Source: Candidatus Hydrogenedentota bacterium
GTDB taxonomy: Bacteria > Hydrogenedentota > Hydrogenedentia > Hydrogenedentales > SLHB01
Direction: 5' to 3'
Assembly (NCBI GenBank): GCA_963745075.1
Contig: CAVUWV010000027.1
Coordinates: 160,001 to 224,000 of the forward strand
DNA: 64,000 nucleotides
Position 1 is the stretch's first letter. Every line of letters begins with the position of its first letter. The notes under the pieces are model-generated. The model saw only the letters and a program-made list of their open reading frames with translations. It made no database searches and was not told the origin of the DNA. Shown here one piece after another: positions 1 through 10,636 of this stretch. Position numbers and translations under genes: made by a program.

Positions 1-1080
1 CGCTCCGGCCGCGCCATAAGCAACTGCAAAAAAACTCGCGAGGAGCAGGGGAAAGGGCAAGACTTCCTGGAGAAGTGCATACGTAATCCGCATCTCGAGA
101 AACGCCGGCTGCTGGCGGTATTGAATGCGCATCTTCCGGACCAGCGCCTTAACCATCGCCGCCAATCCCCGGTAGATGCGAACATGGACGGTCCGATTCG
201 CCATCGCGACGCCCACCGTCGCTCCCGACGCCTTGACCACGGCGGCAAGATACGTGTCTTCCGGTTGGAGATTTCGAATTCGGGCATGTCCGCCGCTCGC
301 AAGGTAGGTGCTTCGCTTTACCAGGATGAAGGGACCAATCCCAATTGGAGTCGCCGCCGGGTCCATCAGGTGCCCCGGCCGGGCATTGATGACAAGTCCC
401 GCCCATGCCACCGGCAGGATCAATTCTTCCCACACGCTGCCATTGTCCACATAGAAAATGCCTGTCAGGAAGTCCAACGTTTCCTTTTCCGCGATTGCGA
501 TCGCATTGCGAAGAGCATCCGGACCGAAGATCGCGTCGGCATCCGTGAGGAGCAGCCACGGGTATTCGGCATCCGACGCGTGTACGCCTTGCCAGATCGC
601 GTTCGCTTTGCCCTGCCAGCCCTCCGGCAGCGGGGGGTCGTGGATCACGCGCACCCGCGGATCTTCCGATGCGATTTGATCCAGAATGGCAGGCGTCTCA
701 TCGGTGGATCCGTCATTGATGGCGACGACCTCCAACCTCGGGTAATTCTGGGCGAGCAACGAACGCAGCCCGGCCTCGATGGAATCGGCTTCGTTGCGAG
801 CGGGCACAATGACGGAAATTCCGGGCAGTGGCTCGTCGGCCGGCAGCGGTGAAGCCAGATCGGGAAGACCCCTTGCATTTCGCATGTATAACGACCGGAT
901 GCTCCAGTTGCCGAGCGCCTGAACCCCCAGGACCCCCACGGCAATCCACCGGAACCACGGCGTATCCACGGCCGGCGCGATGGCCAACACGGCAATTCCC
1001 GCCCAGTTCAGCGCCACCGTGCGGCGGCGAACACGCGGCAACGCGCGCGGTTTGGGTTCGGTTTCGGCGATTGCCGGCAT
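1..1080 (-). CDS. GT2 family glycosyltransferase (HpnB/CrtQ-like), 3' end outside the window
   Basis: Manual translation from ATG at 1080 (AAGGA upstream): ISVIVPARNEAD, VVAINDGSTD, GWQGKANA, LLTDADA (DxD). The frame is open to the window edge, so it is absent from the ORF track. Confidence 0.85.
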   Translation of the reverse strand, partial: MPAIAETEPKPRALPRVRRRTVALNWAGIAVLAIAPAVDTPWFRWIAVGVLGVQALGNWSIRSLYMRNARGLPDLASPLPADEPLPGISVIVPARNEADSIEAGLRSLLAQNYPRLEVVAINDGSTDETPAILDQIASEDPRVRVIHDPPLPEGWQGKANAIWQGVHASDAEYPWLLLTDADAIFGPDALRNAIAIAEKETLDFLTGIFYVDNGSVWEELILPVAWAGLVINARPGHLMDPAATPIGIGPFILVKRSTYLASGGHARIRNLQPEDTYLAAVVKASGATVGVAMANRTVHVRIYRGLAAMVKALVRKMRIQYRQQPAFLEMRITYALLQEVLPFPLLLASFFAVAYGAAGA

Positions 1081-1224
1081 TTTGTCCTTTCTCGGAATGT
1101 TATGCGGGAGAGTCAGAGCCCGATTTTATGGACGATAGCGCCCCAGCGCAAATGCACCACCTCGATTGACTCGCGGGTGGCCAACCCATACGATGAATAA
1201 CCAACGGTCGAATCAGTTGTACAG

Positions 1225-3624
1225 GTGATATTCATGTCGTTCCCCTACTCTCGATCCGCATTTCCCATCCGGCACGGTGCCGTCCGCAGATCTGGCGGTG
1301 CTCCATCGTATTTCCGGTTCTTGGTCGCGGCGCTTGTGTGGTTTTGCCTGGTAGCGCCACCGTCTCCCGCACAACTAACAATCCCTTCGTTATCCAGTTC
1401 TCCACAGGATACCGCCGAGACAACCCCAAAACCGGAGCCAACGGTAGAAGAACGCCAGACCGAACTCCGCACAAAGATAAAAGCGATGGATGATCGCATC
1501 GACGCCGCTGCCGCGCGGGAGACGCAGGAACAGGCCGACCAGTTAGGACTCAGTCTCTCGGCCCTGCAGGATCGAACACTCGGCTTGCGGCAATTGCGAA
1601 GCGTTTATGAAGACCATCTCAGTACCCTCGATCAACTCCAGGAAACTCGTCGTATGGTCGACGACTTGGCGCGCGAGAAGGCCGAATACCAGGGTCCAAC
1701 CGAACCACCGCCATATACCCCATGGTACGTCGATACCTTTCGCGACGCCGTATCCGCCAAGGAAGTTCAGCTCAATCTGGACAAACAATCCGTGGAACTC
1801 GCCCAAAATCGGCTGGAGCGAACCAAGAGCGATCTCACCAAGGCCGAAGCGTCCGTGGCCCTGGCCCGCAATCAAGCCGCGGCGTCCAGCGATCGGAGTG
1901 GGATGCCCGACCTTGAAAACAAAGTCCAGTCGGCACAGTCCAACGTCGAATTGTTGAAGGCGACCGTTTCTCTCAACGAACTCCAGGTTCAAGTTGCGCA
2001 GGAAAAAGCGAACCTGCGCGAGAAACAACTCGAATTCGAGAAACAAAAACTCGCGGATGCGGTAGCGCTCGAACGGTATCGTCCTGAAGACTTAGACAAG
2101 AAGAAGGAAGATATTGCGAAAGCTCGCGCGGACTTGAACGCCAAGTTGAAAGACGCCATCAAAGAGAAGGACGACGCCCAAAGCGCGTTATCTGAAGCGC
2201 GCGATGCCCAGGCGCAGGCGGCAACCGACCAGACCACGGCCGCAGCCTCGATGGACCTGTTGCGAGCCCGGTCCAACGCCGCCACCGACAAAGTGACCTC
2301 CCTGCGCGACCGTTTGGATTACTTGCTGCGTCAGGAGGACATGTGGTCGACGCGCTACAAGCTGCACCTTGGCGGCGATTTGTCCATTCCCGATGAGATT
2401 CAGCGCGCCGAAGATTACGCCGACTTCCTTAACTCCATTTTGCAGACCCGGACCGCCGACCTGGAAGGTGTGCGCGCCTCGCTGCGCGAGTGGGATCGTA
2501 AAGCATCAGCCGGTCCGGACCAGGAGACGGACACCTCCTTGGCCCGCAAAATCGTGCAAGTGCTCAATGGGCACCTGGATCTCTTTCGCTCCGGGCTTAC
2601 CGCTCTGACGGCCCAGCAACAAATCAACAAGCATTTGCTTGACGATTTGCAGGAAGCCCAACACCACCTTTCGCTGGGCGAGCGCCTTGGGCAGATTTGG
2701 GGCGCTACCGCGAATATCTGGTATCAAGAATTGCCAGTCGACATCGGCGGGGAACCGCTTTCGGTCCGGCAGATCGTTCTCGCTACGTTGATTCTGGTTA
2801 TTGGTTTTGGCTTTACCCGTGCCGCGCGACGATATCTGCACTCTATTGTCCGCTCCCGGACGCACGTGGATCTAAACGCCGCCGCCAGCATCGAGCGGCT
2901 GATTCATTACTTCCTGCTGATCCTCGTCGTCTTGTTCGCGATGAGTATGGTCGGCATCCCGCTCACCGCGTTCACCATCTTCGGCGGCGCGTTGGCCATC
3001 GGCGTTGGGTTCGGGGCGCAAAACCTCATCAACAACTTCATCAGCGGCTTGATCCTTATGATGGAGCGTCCCATCCGGATTGGCGATCTCGTCGAGGTTG
3101 ACGGCCGCTCCGGATTCATCGAAGAAATCGGCGCACGCTGCTCCCGTTTGCGCCAATTCTCCGGCGTGGATATCCTCGTTCCGAACAGTTCGTTCCTCGA
3201 AAAGTCGGTCATTAACTGGACTCTGTCCGATGCCAGGGTTCGCTGGGAAATCCGGGTCGGCGTTGCCTACGGATCGAACACCCGCGAAGCGCAGAAGCTT
3301 ATCTTGAAAGCGGTCGAAGAGCACGGCCGAGTCCTCGACGAACCGGAACCGCTGGTCGTGTTCTCCGATTTCGGCGACAGCGCCCTCATCTTCGATGCGT
3401 ACTTCTGGTTGACCATGGGGCCGGCAACCGATCCCCGCGTGGTTCGCAGCGACATCCGCCATCGCATCGACAAGTTGCTCAAGGAAGCCGGTATCGTGAT
3501 AGCCTTCCCGCAGCGAGACGTTCATTTGGATGTGGTGGGCCCCATAGAAATTCGAACCGCGCAGGCCGAACCCCCTGAAGCAGAGGAGCGCCCGTCCCTG
3601 CCGGGCGGAGATACGGAGGACTGA
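1225..3624 (+). CDS. Large MscS-family mechanosensitive channel (MscK-like) with signal peptide and coiled-coil periplasmic region
   Basis: GALAIGVGFGAQNLINNFISGLILMMERPIRIGD, VPNS and IAFPQRDVH MscS motifs. The exact start is uncertain. Confidence 0.9.
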   Translation: MIFMSFPYSRSAFPIRHGAVRRSGGAPSYFRFLVAALVWFCLVAPPSPAQLTIPSLSSSPQDTAETTPKPEPTVEERQTELRTKIKAMDDRIDAAAARETQEQADQLGLSLSALQDRTLGLRQLRSVYEDHLSTLDQLQETRRMVDDLAREKAEYQGPTEPPPYTPWYVDTFRDAVSAKEVQLNLDKQSVELAQNRLERTKSDLTKAEASVALARNQAAASSDRSGMPDLENKVQSAQSNVELLKATVSLNELQVQVAQEKANLREKQLEFEKQKLADAVALERYRPEDLDKKKEDIAKARADLNAKLKDAIKEKDDAQSALSEARDAQAQAATDQTTAAASMDLLRARSNAATDKVTSLRDRLDYLLRQEDMWSTRYKLHLGGDLSIPDEIQRAEDYADFLNSILQTRTADLEGVRASLREWDRKASAGPDQETDTSLARKIVQVLNGHLDLFRSGLTALTAQQQINKHLLDDLQEAQHHLSLGERLGQIWGATANIWYQELPVDIGGEPLSVRQIVLATLILVIGFGFTRAARRYLHSIVRSRTHVDLNAAASIERLIHYFLLILVVLFAMSMVGIPLTAFTIFGGALAIGVGFGAQNLINNFISGLILMMERPIRIGDLVEVDGRSGFIEEIGARCSRLRQFSGVDILVPNSSFLEKSVINWTLSDARVRWEIRVGVAYGSNTREAQKLILKAVEEHGRVLDEPEPLVVFSDFGDSALIFDAYFWLTMGPATDPRVVRSDIRHRIDKLLKEAGIVIAFPQRDVHLDVVGPIEIRTAQAEPPEAEERPSLPGGDTED

Positions 3625-3626
3625 AT

Positions 3627-5552
3627 GTGACGAACGCGTGGAAACGCGGTATCTGCCTCGGGATTCTACTGGCCATGGTGAGCGGCTTCGCCCACGCGCA
3701 AGACGTGGAACGGGTTCTCCGGTATCACTCGGACGTGACCGTACATCAAGACGCTTCGTTGACCGTCGTGGAAACGATCGCCGTTCGGTGCGAGCGCGAC
3801 CAGATCCGGCACGGCGTCTACCGCGACTTTCCCACCAAGTACCACGGTAAATGGTGGACACCCGTAACCGTGGGTTTTGAAATCGTCAGCCTCACGCGGG
3901 ACGGCAATCCGGAGCCGTACCATACGAAGAACGTCAGCAACGGCATTCGCACGTATTTCGGAAGCCAGGATGTCTTGCTTCCCATAGGCGAACACACCTA
4001 TGTCTTCACCTATAAGACGGACCAGCAACTCGGATTTTTCGACGGTTTCGACGAGCTGTATTGGAATGTGACCGGCAACGGCTGGCCGTTTCCCATCGAC
4101 GACGCCAGTGCAACCATCCATCTGCCGAAGGTCGTGCCCTCCGCCCTTCTCGATCTCAACGGCTACACCGGCCCGCAAGGCTCTAAGGAGCAAGCCTACG
4201 AGGCCGACGTGGCTGAGGACGGCGCCGTAAACTTCCGGACAACGCGTCCCTTGGACGAGCGGGAAGGGCTGACCATCGTCGTCGGTTTCCCAAAGAATTT
4301 AGTCGCGGCGCCCGATCCGAATGCGTTCTACAAGGCCATCGCGGCTCGTCTTGTCGTCGACTTGTCCCGTCTGATGGGTGCATTACTGGTCTTCGGGTAT
4401 TTCATCATCGTGTGGTTCCTGGTGGGAAAAGACCCGCCCCCCGGACAGATTGTGCCGCAGCCAGCGCCGCCCCAGGGTATCAGCCCCGCCGCCGCGCGGT
4501 ACCTCGAACGTATGGGATTCGACAAGAAGACATTCACCGCGGCGCTCGTCAGTCTCGGCGTGAAAGGCTATGTGCGAATCGACGAAGACGACGACACGTA
4601 CACGGTATCGAAACAACACCCCCCCGACGCCAGCCTTCCCCCGGAAGAGCGCGCCCTGATGAAGAAACTGCTGGGTCACGAAGACGCCATCGTACTGAAA
4701 CGCACCAACCACCAGAAAGTCTCCACCGCGCTGAATGCATGCCAGAGCGCTTTGAAACTGGACTTCCAGAAGACCTACTTCATCACCAACGTCAAGTACT
4801 GGTTTCCGGGTCTGATCCTGTCGCTCGTCGTGCTGGCCGGCGCCATAATATCCCTCCCTCGCAGTTCCGGAGCGCCAGTCGTCTTCCTCGCGATTTGGCT
4901 GAGTATTTGGACAATCGGCGTGATTGCACTGGGGTCAACCGTGTTCGCCCTGTGGTGGCAGGTGCTGTCCGGTAAGGGAGGAATCGCGCAGGCCTTATTC
5001 ATGACGGTCTTTTCAACCCCGTTCTTCATTGCCGAAGTCGTCGTAGGCGGCGTCTTTATCTATCAGGCCTCCTGGGTCGTGGTGGCCTTGGTGATCCTGC
5101 TCGCCGTTTCCAACGTAGTCTTCTACCGTCTCCTGAAAGCCCCCACCCGGCTGGGCCGACAGACTTTGGACGTCTTGGACGGATACAAGCAATACCTCTC
5201 CGGCGAACGCTGGTCCCGTTACGGCGGCACGGCTGAAGAGGTGACTCCAGGGATGTTCGAGGAACACCTCGCCTACGCCATCGCCCTGGATGTTGAAGAC
5301 GACTGGTCCAAGCGCTTCGAAGGCGTACTCGGCGCCGCCGGAACCTCCGATACCAACCGGTCGCCCCACTGGTATCACGGAAACAACTGGAATAACCAGA
5401 ACCCCGCCCTGTTTGCGAACGCCCTCGGGACATCCCTGTCCACCGCGATTGCGTCCGCCTCGACCGCCCCCGGCTCTTCCTCCGGCGGCAGCAGCGGAGG
5501 TGGCGGTTCCTCCGGCGGAGGCGGCGGAGGAGGAGGCGGCGGCGGCTGGTAA
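3627..5552 (+). CDS. DUF2207-family membrane protein
   Basis: Signal peptide, HGVYRDFP, DELYWNVTGNGW, several TM helices and a GGSSGGGGGGGGGGGW C-terminus typical of DUF2207. Confidence 0.9.
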   Translation: MTNAWKRGICLGILLAMVSGFAHAQDVERVLRYHSDVTVHQDASLTVVETIAVRCERDQIRHGVYRDFPTKYHGKWWTPVTVGFEIVSLTRDGNPEPYHTKNVSNGIRTYFGSQDVLLPIGEHTYVFTYKTDQQLGFFDGFDELYWNVTGNGWPFPIDDASATIHLPKVVPSALLDLNGYTGPQGSKEQAYEADVAEDGAVNFRTTRPLDEREGLTIVVGFPKNLVAAPDPNAFYKAIAARLVVDLSRLMGALLVFGYFIIVWFLVGKDPPPGQIVPQPAPPQGISPAAARYLERMGFDKKTFTAALVSLGVKGYVRIDEDDDTYTVSKQHPPDASLPPEERALMKKLLGHEDAIVLKRTNHQKVSTALNACQSALKLDFQKTYFITNVKYWFPGLILSLVVLAGAIISLPRSSGAPVVFLAIWLSIWTIGVIALGSTVFALWWQVLSGKGGIAQALFMTVFSTPFFIAEVVVGGVFIYQASWVVVALVILLAVSNVVFYRLLKAPTRLGRQTLDVLDGYKQYLSGERWSRYGGTAEEVTPGMFEEHLAYAIALDVEDDWSKRFEGVLGAAGTSDTNRSPHWYHGNNWNNQNPALFANALGTSLSTAIASASTAPGSSSGGSSGGGGSSGGGGGGGGGGGW

Positions 5553-5648
5553 AACGGCGCCCGCCGATCCGTCGGATCCGTCCGATCTCATTCCACGGGA
5601 GGTAGGACCGTCATTTGTCCTCCTACTTCCGGTCTCCGGACTCCAGCC

Positions 5649-6830
5649 TCATTCCATAATCCACTCCGGCGTGAACGCGGCGTGCTTGATCGACTTTTCA
5701 TCTCTGCCTATGTGGTAACTGTACGTCATGTGCACACGGCCGTCCGTACCCTCGAACATACCGGGATACGCGAACGCACCCTCGCCCGGCTCGGCACGTT
5801 CCACGTCGCGCTTCCACTTCCACGTATTGCCTTCGTCATCCGATAACGCCAGTGCGAGGACATGACGCCCCAAATCCGCGTCGTTGAACGCCATGACCCA
5901 GCGGCCGTCCTTCAACGCGATCACCGCCAGGCTCGACCCCGGATTCGGGATATCCGTGTCGACCGCCGGCGTCCACGTCATGCCGTCGTCCGTCGATTCG
6001 CTCCACAAGGCCCGTTTCGGCAGGCCGCCGCTGTCCCGCATGTAGGAATAGAGCGTGCCGTCCTTCTTGCGCACCACTGCGGGCTGAATCGGCCCCATCC
6101 CGACGATAGGCAGGCTCGGCTTCCACGTTTCGCCCATATCGTCCGAGATCGCCATCAGCGACATGTTGAACCCGTCCGAATACAGCGGCACCAGGATTCG
6201 GCCCGACGGCAGCGCGATGGGATTCTGCCGCGTCATCCAGCCCTCTTCCCGTTTCGCCTTGTCCTCGGACGCCTCGATGATCATGCGCGAATACGGCGGG
6301 GCATACTCGGCCCACAGATACTCCGGCGGGTTCAACTCCTCGAACGCTTTCTTCGTCGCCTCGACGAACTCCTCGCCCGGCTTCAGGAGAATGGCGTCCT
6401 GCCACGACCAATCCGGCGGACCGTCGCCCTGGTACGCTTCCGCGCGCCGGTATTTCAGTAGCGAATGTTCCCACGCGTTGGCCCGCACCGCGATCCAGAA
6501 CAGCCACAGCCGTTGCTGCGGATCGATGAAGAGCACCGGATTGCAGTCCGGCGTGAACGGTGTGTCCGCCATAACGAATGGCGCACTCCATTCCGACGCG
6601 CCCTTCTTCATCCGCGCGCCCTGGATCAACACGTCGTTTGCGCTCCGCTCGCCGGACCCGTAAAACCACGCCGCCAACAAATCCCCGTTCGGACACTCCA
6701 CGATCGTGCTGCCGTGCACGTGTTTGCCCTGCACCGGAAAGATCAGCTCCGACGTCAACGTCCCCTCGGCCCAAACCGGCCCCACCGCCAGCACCGCCGC
6801 TACCATCCCGAAAAACCATAGCTTCTTCAC
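5649..6830 (-). CDS. Secreted BNR/Asp-box (exo-alpha-sialidase-like) beta-propeller protein
   Basis: Signal peptide; Asp-boxes SDDMGETW, STDDGMTW, SDDEGNTW; H-G-S-T-I-V-E..GDLLAAWF N-terminal motif. Confidence 0.85.
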   Translation of the reverse strand: MKKLWFFGMVAAVLAVGPVWAEGTLTSELIFPVQGKHVHGSTIVECPNGDLLAAWFYGSGERSANDVLIQGARMKKGASEWSAPFVMADTPFTPDCNPVLFIDPQQRLWLFWIAVRANAWEHSLLKYRRAEAYQGDGPPDWSWQDAILLKPGEEFVEATKKAFEELNPPEYLWAEYAPPYSRMIIEASEDKAKREEGWMTRQNPIALPSGRILVPLYSDGFNMSLMAISDDMGETWKPSLPIVGMGPIQPAVVRKKDGTLYSYMRDSGGLPKRALWSESTDDGMTWTPAVDTDIPNPGSSLAVIALKDGRWVMAFNDADLGRHVLALALSDDEGNTWKWKRDVERAEPGEGAFAYPGMFEGTDGRVHMTYSYHIGRDEKSIKHAAFTPEWIME

Positions 6831-7041
6831 GATTCGCTCCTCATGAGTTAAGTCATTACATACCCCAAACCATAGCGCAAAACGCTGCCCGAGGTCGATC
6901 CCTTTGCCAGAAGACCATTAGCCGCAACCAGATCCGAAATCCGAGGCAAATCTCGATGTTCCAACTGGGGAGACGATCGAAACGCGGAGCGGTCATCGTG
7001 TGGCTTGGGCGTCGGATTCGGGAACGTTGTTTGACTGAGCA

Positions 7042-7108
7042 TACACGGACTTACACGGACGATATGGACGATATGGACGATATGGACGATGTGGACGATG
7101 TGGACGGA
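7042..7108 (+). repeat. Composite simple repeat: (TACACGGAC)x2 followed by about five 9-mers GACGAT(A/G)TG
   Basis: Read directly from the sequence. Confidence 0.9.
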
Positions 7109-7803
7109 CAAGGGCTACTCAAACCTGGCTTCGCCAGTGGGTTCTGGTGTGGTGGTGGATGGGCCGGTGTAGATGGCTTCGGCGTGGGCTCGGATGGGGG
7201 AACCGATGGGGAAGGTTTCGGGCGGTATCTTGCCGTTTGTGAAGAGGTCGAGGAAGTGGTGGAACGGATTGTTGGACTCTTCGTTTGTTGTGTGATCGGT
7301 GGTTGTGGGATCTTCTCTCTTTCGCGGGGAGGGGCGGGAGATGGAGGTTGCCGAGGATGAGTTCGGCGAGTTCTTCGGACACGGAGTGTTTGGCGGGGCG
7401 GTAACTGGCGAGGACGTGGTCGCGTTCGGACTCGGCGTAGGGTTCGTCGATGAGGGCGGCGTTGTCGAAGGCTTCGCACATTTCCACGTCGCGGCCTTGG
7501 CCACCGGCGAGGGCAGCGCGTTGGATGTAGGCTTTGGCGTGGGTCTCGGGGGTTTGGGGATCGAGTTGGGCGTCGGCGATGGAATCGGGGTCGAGGCCGG
7601 TGTCGTGTTGGGTGCGTTGGGCGTGGCGGAGGATGCCGTCGGGCGAGGGGGTTGCGACGTGGCAGTTTTGACGATTCAAGGGGGTCAACCCCGGTGTTTG
7701 GAGGAGTTTCAGGGTTGCGCGGTATTCGCGCATGAGGCGGGTGAAGGCGAGGATGGCGTTGGGGTTAGGGTCTTCGGGGGGACAGGATTCGGGAGAGGAA
7801 GAA

Positions 7804-7822
7804 CACGGGCGGGACGCCCGTG
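7804..7822. repeat. REP-like palindrome CACGGGCG-GGA-CGCCCGTG inside the ORF
   Basis: Perfect 8-bp arms with a GGA loop. Confidence 0.7.
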
Positions 7823-8108
7823 CCCCAGGGGGGGAAGGCCATGCTTCATAGGAAGACCAGAGGTTGGGGGCCTGGGCGAGTTGGGTGGTGGCGGCGTTGA
7901 CGAGGACTTGGAGCATGGCAACGTTGTGGGCGGTGTGGATGCCCATGGGGTTGGGGTGGGGTTGGGATTCGACGATGGCTAGGGCGTCAGTGAGGACGGA
8001 GTTGTATTCGGCGAGTTGGTAGGGGCAGGTGGGAGATTGCGAAAATGGGTCCCCATGTTCGCCGGATTCGCGAGGCTTAGGAGGAGGTGTGGAATACGAA
8101 GATGGGGA

Positions 8109-8129
8109 CCCCGCTTTCGCGGGGATGAC
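8109..8129 (-). repeat. GTCATCCCCGCGAAAGCGGGG palindromic element (the VIPAKAG-encoding repeat type)
   Basis: CCCCGC-TTTC-GCGGGG-ATGAC seen on the + strand; resembles a widespread REP/RPE-type repeat. Confidence 0.65.
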
Positions 8130-8652
8130 GATTTGGGTGGGGAGTTGGGTCGCCGTGTTGCCCGCGGTCACGAAGACGAGGATGACGAGCATTATGGGGC
8201 GCGGTGCGGTTGGCGATGGGACAATTCTCCCAGTGGGGGCAGTTGGGGGTGCAGGTTCGTAGGCGGCGGGAGTAGAGGCCGTGGATGACGTGGTTGCGGT
8301 TGCCGGGGGGTGCGCCGGTGAGGTCGAAGCCGCCGTGGAATTGGCAGCGTCCGGAGGGGTGGTCGGAGGCGTTGGTGCAAGGGGTGGCGTCGGGGAGTCG
8401 GGCGCCGCAGATTCGGTGGTTGCGTTCGGATTCTTTGGTGTTGACGGTGGCGATCCAGTCGTTGGTCCAGGAACGGGCGCAGGGGGTGCCGAGGGTGGTG
8501 TGTGTAGACATGGTTCTGGTTCCTATTGGTTGCAGTCCTTCTATCTAGATAGGCCGGGGTGTTGCAGTGGGGGAGGCGATTGCGGATTTCGGATTGCGGA
8601 CTGCGGATTAGGGAAGAAGGCTGGCGGCGGCTGGCGGTTGGGCATTTGAAGA

Positions 8653-8777
8653 ACACGGACCTACACGGACCTACACGGACCTACACGGACCTACACGGAC
8701 CTACACGGACAGACGCGGACGAGATGGACGAGGTGGACGAGGTAGACGAGGTGGACGAGGTGGACGGGATGGACGGA
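8653..8777 (+). repeat. Composite tandem repeat: CTACACGGAC x5 exact (8661-8710) followed by 9-mers GACGAGGTG
   Basis: Read directly from the sequence; same architecture as 7042-7108. Confidence 0.95.
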
Positions 8778-9104
8778 GATTCTCGCTGCTGAAAGCGAGA
8801 TAGAGAGGGTCCACAGATTACATAGATTTGCACCGATTGAAGAGGCAAGAATTTGAGACTTGAGGAGAGGGTAGCCGTTGCGGGACAAAGACATTCAGAA
8901 TCAGGAACTTACCCAGAGATCGGCGCACGAAGACTCGTGAGGCTTACAAAGATTCTTCCAGATCGGAGTACAGAAGAGAAAGAACGCGCCCGCTCTTTGC
9001 GTTCTTTTGGGGCAATTTACTCTTGAATGATTGTGATATCCACCGAGGTCAGAGAATCCTTCCGATTGAGATTCCATCTATCGAAACTACCGAACCTGAC
9101 CGGT

Positions 9105-9195
9105 CTGGCCTGAAAGGCTGCTACATGATAGCTCGGGGCAAAGCGTAGCGTCGCCCCGAGTCACGTTGGCCCCAAATAACAAAGCGCTGAAAGTG
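9105..9195. repeat. About 90-bp multi-hairpin REP-like element, copy 1
   Basis: CTGGCC(T/C)GAA(A/G)GGC..ACATGATAGC(T/C)CGGGGCAAA...AAAGCGCTGAAAGTG is shared with 52215-52308. Confidence 0.75.
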
Positions 9196-9226
9196 AGGAA
9201 CAGACCTTTCACACGCCCCGCTAGCC

Positions 9227-10636
9227 CTACCACCGCACGACGAACACCCAGTCGCCGGTCCATTCCATTTCGCTGACGTGCTCCGGCGGTGCGCCACCAT
9301 CATCGATGCCGTCAAAATACACCGAATAGATTGCATATCCATCTTCCAAAAGGACATAGCGGAGCGGTTGCCCATCGAAGGGATCAATGGGCACCTCTGG
9401 AATGTATGTGGGAACCAGTCGTTCAAGGTTTTCAGGTAGCTCGTTGTTGTCGGACCAATACCGTTCGACGGCCACCGCAACACGGCCGATTCGTGATACG
9501 GCAGCACCAAGGGCCATGTAATGGATGCCCCAAACCGCATAATGGAGTGGATGTTTCGGCGACTCGATATTTTCGCGCCATCCCGTGCCGTGTTCCATCA
9601 GCTCCGTCACATACGCAACGCGGTCTTCCCAGGGCTTGTCCATGACGCGAATCAGGTCAGCGAAACCGCGGAGTAGGTCCCGATACCGGTGTTGCTGGCG
9701 ATTATGGCGCACGGTGTACTGCGTTACAGGGTCCACATGTTTGAGTACACGTTCTAACGGCGTCAAACCTTCGGATTGCAGGCGCGTCTTAAGGGCCGCC
9801 ACCTGCACGCATCGCTCACCGGCCAGGCAACGCGCCAAAGGTTCCGAATCCTCCGGTTCCGAATAGAAGGTTTCGAGCGCCGCCAACGTTTTGGGATCGA
9901 GGGATGCAAGCCTCGCTGCGTCATTGATGCACAACAATCCGGTTCCCAGAAGCGCGGATCGGCTAATCTGCGACCCGAGGTCCGGTTCCTGCCGGAGCGT
10001 CTTCGCCATGTGAACGATACTTTCCTGGCTTTCCACGAACTCCCACTGGCGACCTGCCACGATGGCGTTTGCTGACCGTACTTCCTGAAGCTTCGCACAC
10101 CGCATCAGCCAGTTGTAATGGGGGAAAGTCTCCAAATCGTACTCGGCAAGATTCACCGGGTATCGCGCGCCCGGCAATGTCGAGGCTTTCGAGAGCAGTG
10201 CGACTACCTCCTTGCACCCATCGAGGAAATCAGTAGCCTCTGCTTGCACTTTCGGTAATGACTCATCATCCGCCCGGGACCATTGGTAGTTGTTGAGAAG
10301 GGCATCGACGGTCTTCCCGTCCGGATCGACCGCGTCCAAGGCCTCAAATGCCCGCTCGTAGATGAGTGCGGCGTTTTTCTCATCCGGTACGGCGCGATAG
10401 TAGGCGTCCAACTCCTCGAGTGTCAGCGGTTGCCCCGCATCACGTACGCGTTGTTCCGCCTTTGCCACGCTCTTGTCAATCGAGTGGACGAGCAATTGAC
10501 CGAGAACGAAATAGACCACGACCCCAACCAGGAATAGGACACCCCCGGCCACCGCGCACCCCGTTCCGCTAAACCACGAGCCGCGGACCTTACCGCGCCA
10601 CTTGCCGGCCCGCTGCAAAATCCCAATGCCTCGCAT
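9227..10636 (-). CDS. Membrane-anchored hypothetical protein, paralog 2, with GspG-like C-terminal motif
   Basis: The ATG overlaps the upstream TGA (TGATG). N-terminal TM; RDAGQPLTLEELDAYY..VPD..NAALIYE; C-terminal LVP.Y....P.DPFDG....Y...YSVY.D..DDGG. Confidence 0.8.
   Translation of the reverse strand: MRGIGILQRAGKWRGKVRGSWFSGTGCAVAGGVLFLVGVVVYFVLGQLLVHSIDKSVAKAEQRVRDAGQPLTLEELDAYYRAVPDEKNAALIYERAFEALDAVDPDGKTVDALLNNYQWSRADDESLPKVQAEATDFLDGCKEVVALLSKASTLPGARYPVNLAEYDLETFPHYNWLMRCAKLQEVRSANAIVAGRQWEFVESQESIVHMAKTLRQEPDLGSQISRSALLGTGLLCINDAARLASLDPKTLAALETFYSEPEDSEPLARCLAGERCVQVAALKTRLQSEGLTPLERVLKHVDPVTQYTVRHNRQQHRYRDLLRGFADLIRVMDKPWEDRVAYVTELMEHGTGWRENIESPKHPLHYAVWGIHYMALGAAVSRIGRVAVAVERYWSDNNELPENLERLVPTYIPEVPIDPFDGQPLRYVLLEDGYAIYSVYFDGIDDGGAPPEHVSEMEWTGDWVFVVRW

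Larger units (their letters stand above)
7119..8511 (-). pseudogene. HGGxSTG-type Cys-rich protein gene split into two frames by a repeat-rich segment
   Basis: The 8077..8511 ORF has CGARL..C....SGRCQFHGG..TGAPPGNRN..HGLYS and C..C....C. The protein-like continuation (TCPYQLAEYNSVL...) is in the different 7119..8192 frame. Confidence 0.6.

Noticed and set aside
8653..8777. CRISPR array (also considered at 58019-58093)
   Set aside because: Contiguous tandem units without unique spacers; no cas genes.
8878..8940. GxxExxY gene remnant after the ACAGATT 9-mers
   Set aside because: Only a few residues (ELTQ) fit and a frameshift would be required; insufficient evidence.
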